A stretch of 64,000 nt of DNA from the human T2T-CHM13v2.0 reference genome, Homo sapiens: NCBI RefSeq assembly GCF_009914755.1, contig NC_060940.1; one strand, given 5' to 3'. Below the pieces are notes generated by a model that did not search any database, had not been told where the DNA came from, and worked only from the letters and a program-made list of their open reading frames with translations. Shown here piece by piece: positions 54,448 through 64,000 of this stretch (position 1 is its first letter; each line of letters begins with the position of its first letter). The position numbers were made by a program, and so were the translations under genes.

Positions 54448-54975
54448 CACAGTGATTAAGGGTGTGGGCTTTTGGACTTGGTGGCTCACACTTGTAATCC
54501 CAGCACTTTGGGAGGCTGAGGCGGGCAGATCACCTGAGGTCAGGAGTTTGAGACCAGCCTGACCAACATGGAGAAACCCCATCTCTACTAAAAATACAAA
54601 ATTAGCTGGGCATGGTGGCACATGTCTGGAATCCCAGCTACTTGCTTGAACCCTGGAGGTGGAGATTGCGGTGAGCCGAGATCGCACCATTGCACTCCAG
54701 CCTGGGCAACAAGAGCAACACTCTGTCTCAAAAAAAAAGAAAAAAAAAAAGAGTGTAGGCTTTGTAGTCAGCAGCCTGGGTCCAAGTCCCGCCTCAGCTA
54801 TGCACAAGGCACCTAATTTCTCTGGGCCTCAGTTTCCATATCTATAAAATGGATCTAACCATAGCACCTACCTCATGGGGTGTTTGTTTTCTTAAAGGAT
54901 CCAGTGAAATACTATATATATAATGTCTAGGCAAGGGCAGAGTACTTAGGAAGACTTTGCTCAAAAAGTTGTAGT
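54448..54975 (+). mobile_element. MIR split by an Alu
   Basis: cacagtgattaag..| cctgggtcca...tctctgggcctcagtttccatatctataaaatgg...cacctacctcatggg. Confidence 0.8.
54473..54750 (+). mobile_element. AluS (Sp-like) with ~20-bp deletion
   Basis: TSD aag(g/a)gtgt(g/a)ggcttt. Confidence 0.93.
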
Positions 54976-56269
54976 TATCACTACATAGAACTTAGGATAC
55001 TTAAGAGCTAGGACTTCATGTCAAAGGTATCATGGAACCTCTCAAACAGGGAACAGAGAGATGGAGCTAGTTTAGACTTAAGAGGAACAGCCCCTAATGG
55101 GTATAACAGTTTCTGTCTCACAACTATCAGTTTCTGGCCTCAGCCACCTGGGTTGAACCCAATTCCCATCTCACATTAGTTAAGATGGCTTTGCTTACAA
55201 GAAAATAAGGAATCAAAATTAGGCACAAACATGGCATGAGGCCTCTTCTGGGGACCAAGTAGCTGCCTGTCGCTGATGCAATCAGAGTAAAGAGAAATGA
55301 TTCAGTTCAATCCTGCCACCAACCTCAGGATTTTGGCCAAGTGCAGGTTTGGGGTTGGTTGGTGGGTTATTTTTTCCCTTCCTGATTTGAAAGACTGACT
55401 TTGTGTTTCAAAAAGGCACTTTCTTTATGCAGAGAAACTCTGTGGTGAGGTTTTGCTGAGCTCGGTCTGGGGTGGACTACCTTTGCTTATGTCTGGGGAG
55501 AGAATGAAATCTAGTGCCCCTAATTTTTCTTTCCCTTCCACCCAGTAAAGACACAGAGCTGAAAGGTGTCTTTCAGAAGGGCTGGAGACAAGGGAGCTGA
55601 CTCCCAGGTAAAAGGACACTGTACAGGAGACTGCCAGAGAAGTGGCTTCTTGTTTGTTAGCATGGGTTTGTGGTGAGGAGGTCTGTGAAGCCTTCCCCCA
55701 GAGTACCCGGGACTAAACAGAACAAATACAACCTCTATTTGTTCATCTCTCCCCTGGCTTTAGATGGTGCTTTATGGCCAGGGTTATGGGGATCAGCTGA
55801 AATCCAGGCTGATGTTTATTCCTGGGATTGCAAAGACAGACAAATACCTCTCTGTCCTTTCATTTACCAGGCCAGGAGGGCAGGAGACATTTTTGATCAA
55901 GCAGGCAGGCAGTGAAGAGTTATTTTTTAGGTGCCCACTGTGTCCCTGTTGCTGAGCCACGTAAGTATAAATAGAAAAAGTACAAGATTCAGGCTTCAGC
56001 CCTGAAGACACATAAAATCCAGTTAATAGGAGGAGGCTTGGTGGGCAAAACAAACTCAAGAGAACCTGTTAACAAACAGTGATGTGAGTTAGGAAGAATT
56101 AAACGAGGTAAGCGAGGAGGAAGATGAGCAGGAGATGGCGGGGGGTGGTGCAGCTCTTGGAGGAAACTTCACAGGGAAGGTTTGTAAGACAATAAGCAAC
56201 ATATTCTCTGGTTTCTCTTCAAAACGAATACATCTTTCCCCTTTTACAATAAGTAACATGGCTACAGAA

Positions 56270-56700
56270 AGCACATCTGTTTTTTTCCCCACTGTAGCCC
56301 AGCGCTTAGCATAATGTCTGACACACAGTGGGCATTCAGTAAATGTCTGAAGAATGGATGGAGAAGGAGGGGGCTGATTTAAGAAGGATAAGTAGGTGAA
56401 GAAGAGGGAGGAGGGCATTCCAGCATGAGGAAAGGCCCAGAGAAATGAGCCGGATGCCTTGGTGAGACTGGTTTAACCACAGTGGAGGGTGTGGAGTAAG
56501 GAGTAGTGGGTAATGAGGTTAGATACGGGGCCAGATGGGGGAAGGCTGGAAAGCCAGGCAGAGAAATTTAGAGGAGATGAACATTCCTTCATTCTTTCAT
56601 CAAGCTTTTATTGAGCACATGCTACGCTCTAGGCACAGAGGCAAGGGAAAGTAGTGGAGACAGAAAGATGAAAAAAAGACATGACCATCTGTTGGGGATA
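56270..56700. mobile_element. L2 fragments in both orientations
   Basis: actgtagcccagcgcttagcataatgtctgacacacagtgggcattcagtaaat; cattccttcattc...tttattgagcac. Confidence 0.6.
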
Positions 56701-56767
56701 GGCAGAATATCTATCTTTTATTGTAATAACTGTGATAATCATAATATGGGCAAAATATTTTGATATT

Positions 56768-57230
56768 CTAATCAATTAAGTTGCATGAAACTGAGGCCGT
56801 ACCAAACTTGCTCAAATAAATTGGGAGTTTATTGAAAGGTGCATCAGACATCCAAGGCTAAGACATGGATTCAAAAGAGACCTGGTAAATTGGGCACCGA
56901 CCCTCCTCCTTGTCTCCTTTCCTCTCTTGCGATCATGCCTCATGGATGGTCTCTTACTTCTGCTCTTTTCTGTACATAGGCTTCATCCTCTGGCTTATCT
57001 CTCTTATTAGGATTTTACCTGGTGCAAGCTTGACATCTTAATGTCACAATACTCTCCTGCTCCAGGCCCAACCTTCCTCATTCACTCTCTGAACTATTTA
57101 AGTCAGACTCTGAAGGACAAAGAAGCCGATTGGCTCAGTTCAGCCCATGGGCTGGGTCAGGTGATCACTCAGAACCAATCAGCTGTGGCCAAGAAGAAAA
57201 TCATGTGATTAAAATATGGCTGCCTAAGCC
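56768..57230 (-). mobile_element. MLT1K/L-like LTR remnant
   Basis: gattggctcag...gggtcaggtg...accaatcagctgtggcca. Confidence 0.5.
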
Positions 57231-58129
57231 TACCAAGAATTCTGGATGAAGGTCAATTACAAAGAAGGGGTGTGCACCAGGAGACAACAATAGACAAGCT
57301 TAATTCCCACAGGTTAACAATGCAGGGAGCAAATCAATTCACTTGGGTTGGGTTACCCCAAGGTAAGGGAGAAGGCCTGATTTAAAGGTCCGATTTAGTC
57401 CTGGGGTGGGAGGAAAGACGTTCCTGCTGTCGATGAAAGCGGCATTCTACAGCCACTAGACTGGCTGCAGCTCTTTCAAAGAATTGAAAACATCGAGAAA
57501 CTGAAGGGACCCAGACCATCCAGAAAGCTTTTGCCTAATCCAGAACGGAGAGTTTAGAGATAAGTCCTTTTTTAAAAATGTAGCTTTTTGGTTGTTAAGG
57601 GCAGAATCTGCTTCTCACTTGTTGCTATAACCTCTGGCCACATAGGCTCATTGTAGAAACTCACTACGCATTTGTTCAATTGAGTTTAAGTCCTCTAAAA
57701 CCCAGACAATCAACAAACATGTTGCTATTTGTATTCTGTTAGAAACAGAGTCTAGACTAGGAACACAAAACAAAACAAAACAAAAAATCAAAACATGATT
57801 TTTCTGATTACTGATGCAGGACTCGGGTCACTGGATGCAGATTTGATGAGAAGTAAAAATGCAGCAGCGGGAGAGTCTGAGGCAAGGTGCCTGGCGGAGA
57901 GCTAGATAAACAGATAGTGCTGTGCCCGGTGGCTCCAGGGGCAGATCAAAGCCGGATTTCCCAGCACAGGTAGCAAGCATGGCAGGAATCTGGGAGACCT
58001 CTCACCCAGTCCCCAACCCACGCTCACAGATGGAAAGCCACACCATTATTGGTCACACCTTTGCGCATTGCCAGCACGCAGGCGTTTGTGACAAATCTTT
58101 TATAGTCTAGTATATAGCTCTCTCAGATA

Positions 58130-58400
58130 GGCAGCTGTGATATGATTGGGCCCTGTGATTTCTGGCTAGGCCGCCTGGGTTCAGTTCACAGCTGATGTCG
58201 GGCCCACTTGGCAAGCGTCTCAACTACTTAACTGCTTTGTGTCTTAGTTTCCAAATTTGTAAAACAGGGAGAATAAACTCCCTTAGGGGGTTGTTGAGGG
58301 GATTAAGTGAGATAATATGTATTTATGCACATGCATGTAATATGCAAAGCAATGAAAATAGTGTCTGGCGCATTGTAAGCAATTATGGTTACTATCACTG
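58130..58400 (+). mobile_element. MIR
   Basis: gcctgggttcag...tttgtgtcttagtttccaaatttgtaaaacaggg...gttgttgagggattaagtgagataat. Confidence 0.8.
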
Positions 58401-58479
58401 CTACCAAAAAAACTAGACTACAGAGAAGAGCTTCCAACCTGGAGGACTCTAAAGATCATTAAAACCCACAGAGAGTGAC

Positions 58480-58900
58480 CTGTTGGTAGATATGATTTGG
58501 GCCTGCTTGAAACCCATCCCTCCTTTCTTCTGGGAACAGACCCTAGATAGGCCCAGGAACAGAAATTCTTTCCTAGGATTTTTCCAACTAGTAGAAAAAA
58601 GTGTACTCCCTCTCTCCACAACATTTCCACCTTTTGGGTTTCAAATAGTAAGGATGTCAGCTCAGAGCTGCCTTTGTTCATTTCCCCTTCCCTGTGGAGT
58701 AGCTGGCCTGAGAGAATGAAGCCGATTTGCAGAGAACCTGGAACAGAATTCTGGCTTGAGCAGAACTGGAGTTTCTGAATCCAGTTGACCGTGGATCCAG
58801 ATACCCACTCCCACTGGTCTGTAATTTGATTACAGAAGTCATTAAATCAGTCTCTCTCCTGAAACTACTTTAGATTCGGTTTCTATTACTTGCAACTAGA
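58480..58900 (+). mobile_element. MLT1J-like LTR remnant
   Basis: cccatccctcctttcttctgggaaca ... ggtttctattacttgcaact. Confidence 0.5.
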
Positions 58901-59068
58901 ATTTGTGCTTGAGGGTCAATTCAAGATGAAAACAGCGGAGTTTTAATTTTTTTTTTTTACGTTGAACACCACCACCACTAAGTTTTATGGCAAACAGTGT
59001 AAAGTCTCACTGTTTACATTACTTTGTTTATTAAGTAAGAGCACAAGTAAGAAAATTGATGGTGTTTT

Positions 59069-59365
59069 GCCCAGGCGCGGTGGCTCACACCTGTAATCCC
59101 AGCACTTTGGGAGGCCGAGGTGGGTGGATTGCCTGAGGTCAGGAGTTCGAGACCAGCCTGGCCAAGATGGTGAAACCCCGTGTCTACTAAAAATACAAAA
59201 ATTAGCAGGGCATGGTGGTATGCACCTGTAATCCCAGCTACTCGGGAGGCTGAGGCAGGAGAATTGCTTGAACGGGGAGGTGGAGGTTGCAGTGAGCCGA
59301 GATTGTGCCACTGCACTCCAGCCTGGGCAACAGAGCGAGATCCGTCTCAAAAAAAGAAGAAGAAA
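59069..59365 (+). mobile_element. AluS
   Basis: Perfect 20-21-bp TSD AAGAAAATTGATGGTGTTTT(G). Confidence 0.96.
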
Positions 59366-59460
59366 ATTGATGGTGTTTTGTAGCCACTAAAATATTCCTA
59401 TCTTGGAACATTTGGAAAGGAGTAACCCAGGGTCAGCTTTTAAAAGTTTCGTCTCTTAAG

Positions 59461-59700
59461 TTTTTGTTTGTTTGTTTTTTAGAGACGGGGGTCTCCCGCT
59501 GTTGCCCAGGCTGGCCTCTGGAGTGGCTGGGCCTATAGGCACATGCCACCAAACCGGATAATTTTAAGAAAAAAATTTTTATAGAGACAGGAGTCTCCCA
59601 ATGTTGCCCATGCTGGTCTCAAACTCCTGGCCTCAAGCAGTCGTCCCACCTTGGCCTCCCAAGTAGCTGGGATTACAGGTGAGAGCCATTGTGCACGGCC
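59461..59700 (-). mobile_element. AluJ-type with internal deletion
   Basis: TSD tctcttaa. Confidence 0.88.
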
Positions 59701-60046
59701 ATCTCTTAAATTTGTAAGCTCTTCAAAGGCTAGAGTACATTTACCTCAAGGGTTGCAAACTCTAATGCTACAGGAGCCAGGCAGGTAATACCTGGAGTGA
59801 AGTGGACGGGTGTATGTAAGACAAGGAGTGATGGGGACTGTGGCAAAGCAGTGAGTGCTTGATCCATCGGGGAGAAGCTGCTACCGCTCAACACCAGCCA
59901 ATTGTTTCCATGTGCAAAATTTGGGTGCAGAGTTACCAAGCTGTCCAGTTTTTAAGAGATTCTGGACATTTGGAATATTTCATGAGAAATCCTCTCAGTT
60001 GTGAATGTTGGTTATGAATTCGGTTTTAAGAAATGATCATGTAAGA

Positions 60047-60501
60047 AGGGTGACCAACCATCCCGGTTTGTCCAGGACTGAGTTGTTTCCTGTGATGTCT
60101 AGGATAAGGGGTTTCCTGGGATGTGGAACTTTCTTTCTCTTTTCTTTTCTTTTCTTTCTTTCTTTTTTTTTTTGAGACGGAGTTTTGCTCTTGTTGCCCA
60201 GGCTGGAGTGCAATGGCGCGATCTCGGCTACCGCAACCTCCGCCTCCTAGGCTCAAGCGATTCTTCTGCCTCAGCCTCCTGAGTAGTTGGGATTCCAGGC
60301 ATGCGCCACCACGCCTGGCTAATTTTTTGTGTTTTTAGTAGAGACGGGGTTTCTCCATGTTGGTGAGGCTGGTCTCGAACTCCCGAGCGCAGGTGATCTG
60401 CCCACCTTGGCCTCCCAAAATGCTGGGATTACAGGCGTGAGCCACTGCGCCCGGCTGGGATGTGGAACTTCCACTGCACATAAGGATGAGTTGGTCACCC
60501 T
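60047..60501. mobile_element. MER81-like hAT-Blackjack MITE, split by an Alu
   Basis: Perfect 12-bp TIRs AGGGTGACCAAC / GTTGGTCACCCT. Confidence 0.85.
60132..60455 (-). mobile_element. AluSp-like
   Basis: 16-bp TSD CTGGGATGTGGAACTT. Confidence 0.95.
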
Positions 60502-61669
60502 ATGTGTGGGCCAAATAGAATTAACATGAGACCGCTGGCTCATACACAATGGTCTCATTTCACCCCAGTGAAGTATCTGTGCCCTCTAGGTCGCTATCTC
60601 CACAATCCACTTTATAGAGACTTCTACAATAAGTGTGACACAGAAAATCTATTTATTCTATGACCCAGTGAAACACTCTTTCATGTCCCCTTGTGGGCCT
60701 GGCTTTGTGTGATCAATAGGATTCAGGTCTCTTCCAGCTGCGTCTGATAGCTTCTCTATGGTTGTAAAATCTTTTCTCTGCTTGGGGTGGGCAAGGCCCT
60801 CTGGGTACCCAGGAGATTATAGAGTTTTTTTTTCCTTAATCCCTCCTCTTTCACCTGAAAGAAAGGCTACATATATAATTATATGCCATTTAATGAACTT
60901 GGACCTGCTCCACATTATGAATGTGGAAACTGCAAGCATTGGAGTAGGAGGTGACTTGCTTGTGGCACGCAGCACATTGGTCTAACCTCCAGTGTCTCGT
61001 TTGCTGGCATGGTACCTGACTCTTGTATTAAGCAAAGCGAAGGGGAAGAATATTTGCTGCCTGTCTCCTGGGTGCCAGGCCCCATTCTGGGTGCTCATAT
61101 GGCCCTCCTAATTCCTTACAAACTCCCAAGAGGAGGACTGGTGTTCCAGGCCACCACCCTGCCAATCCAGGCGTGCCAGGAGGGCGTATGGAATTGCCAG
61201 GTTGTCATTGCACAAGGGGAGGGGTGTACGGCTCAGAATTGAGGGAAATGCTAAGGGTCACTCATAGGCTTGAGCACGAAGCTCACCAGGTGTCCGTGCT
61301 CTGTAGGTGGGTTGCAGGGAGAGCCAGGTCCACCCCTCTGTGAAGTTGTTCTTTGATGAGATGATGCGTATTAAGTGAACTATAAACTTTTAAGAGCACA
61401 TTCCATACCCACTCGAAAACATTAGGAATCATTCCCTTTGGGAAAGTTGGTAGGCTCAAGGCAGTAGAGCGTGCTGCCAGCCTAGAGGGACCCCTGTTAG
61501 TATTTCCTCTCACCACTAGTCTGAATTCTTGTAAGGGAGCCAAAATTAGAAAGAGAAGTTTGTGTTTTATTAATACCTTTAGCCCTTACAGCTTAGGTGT
61601 CTTTGGCTCCTTTGAACATAGTGGCAGGAAGACAGGATCACATCGCCGTTCCCAGCAGAAGGTTTTTTC

Positions 61670-62000
<331 letters not shown>

Positions 62001-62008
62001 GAGAGAGA

Positions 62009-62312
62009 GGCCGGGCAGGGTGGCTCACGCCTGTAATCCAAGCACTTTGGGAGGCCGAGGCAGGTGGATCACCTGAGGTCAGGAGTTTGAGACCGGCCAA
62101 CATGGTGAAACCTCGTCTCTACTAAAAATACAAAAAAAAATCAGCTGGGCATGGTGATGGGCGCCTGTTGTCCTAGCTACTCAGGAGGTTGAGGCAGGAG
62201 AATCACTTGAACCCAGGAGGCGGAGGTTGCAGTGAGCCGAGATCATGCCGTTGCACTCCAGCCTGGGTGACAGAACAAGACTCCGTCTCAAAAAAAAAAA
62301 AAAAAAAAAAGA
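62009..62312 (+). mobile_element. AluS
   Basis: Full-length with poly(A). Confidence 0.94.
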
Positions 62313-62339
62313 AGAGAAGTAATGGAAATGATATCCTCC

Positions 62340-63150
<811 letters not shown>

Positions 63151-63209
63151 AAGCTGAAAAAAAAACTGGGGCCTAGTTAGTGGCCCCAGAAAGAAAATAC
63201 CTATAGATT

Positions 63210-63521
<312 letters not shown>

Positions 63522-63765
63522 TAGATTCCTTTAAATTCAAGTGTTTATTGCAATGTGTTCTTCCCTGTAGCATTTTTACTTTTGTAAAAAGAGCCTGAAA
63601 CTTTTGTATAAAAAGAAGGGTGGCTGTGTGTGCATGTGTGCATTTATTGTATATGCATAAAGAAACTCTGGAAAGATACACAAGAAACTAATAACATCAG
63701 AGACTGTGGGAGTGGGATAAGAATTAGGGAGAAGTAGGACCTGGTAAGGGAAAGAGAAAGAAAAT

Positions 63766-63792
63766 TGTGTGTGTGTGTGTGTGTGTGTGTGT
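63766..63792. repeat. (TG)n microsatellite in an L1ME-like fragment
   Basis: Read directly. Confidence 0.93.
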
Positions 63793-64000
63793 AATGTATA
63801 TAATTTTTGAACCATGTGAACAGATTACCTATAAAAACATTAAATTACCAAAAAATCAAAAGGTTGAAAAGAAAGGGAAATGCTTAATCCCTAGGTGTGA
63901 CTCTCCACTGGAGGAATCTGTAGGGGGTGGGATTCTTGTGGCAGCTACATCACATGAGCGTCTGCTTCCTGGGCCTTGGCCCCACCCACCTGGTTTAGTA

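Larger units (their letters stand above)
59747..60545. mobile_element. MER102-like hAT-Charlie element, split by MER81
   Basis: caagggttgcaaactctaatgctacaggagccaggcaggtaa...gggactgtggcaaa...tgttggttatgaattc | tgtgtgggccaaat. Confidence 0.7.

Noticed and set aside
60579-60596. CTCF-like motifs (gtgccctctaggtcgc; also ~32352 and ~55755)
   Set aside because: Only partial matches to the core; cannot be supported without ChIP data.

Overview
This is primate (most likely human) genomic DNA, non-coding and very repeat-rich. I count about 73 Alu elements or fragments (roughly 30% of the window). There are also MIR, L2 and old L1M fragments, one 5'-truncated primate L1PA (50484-52679), MaLR/ERVL/ERV1 solo LTRs (two THE1, MLT1, LTR33-like, MER39-like) and several DNA-transposon MITEs (Tigger3, MER3, MER5, MER81, MER96-like, MER102-like). 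The first ~0.5 kb looks like the end of a + strand 3' UTR with a canonical poly(A) signal; I cannot identify the gene. I can support no intact protein-coding exon: the ORFs with recognisable protein similarity are Alu, L1, LTR or microsatellite translations, and the rest lack coding support. One RNA pseudogene is clear, a 3'-truncated (tailless) 5S rRNA copy inserted into an MLT1 LTR and then split by an Alu. I see no evidence for a new multi-gene system. The points most worth following up are a THE1 solo LTR with intact promoter/DUX4/splice motifs and a matching downstream acceptor, multi-level nested insertions with readable TSDs, two Alus sitting on apparent deletions of host L1 sequence, a perfect 16-bp hairpin, and inverted Alu pairs just downstream of the poly(A) site. 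Repeat family and subfamily names come from recalled consensus sequences, not a database run, and boundaries are approximate.
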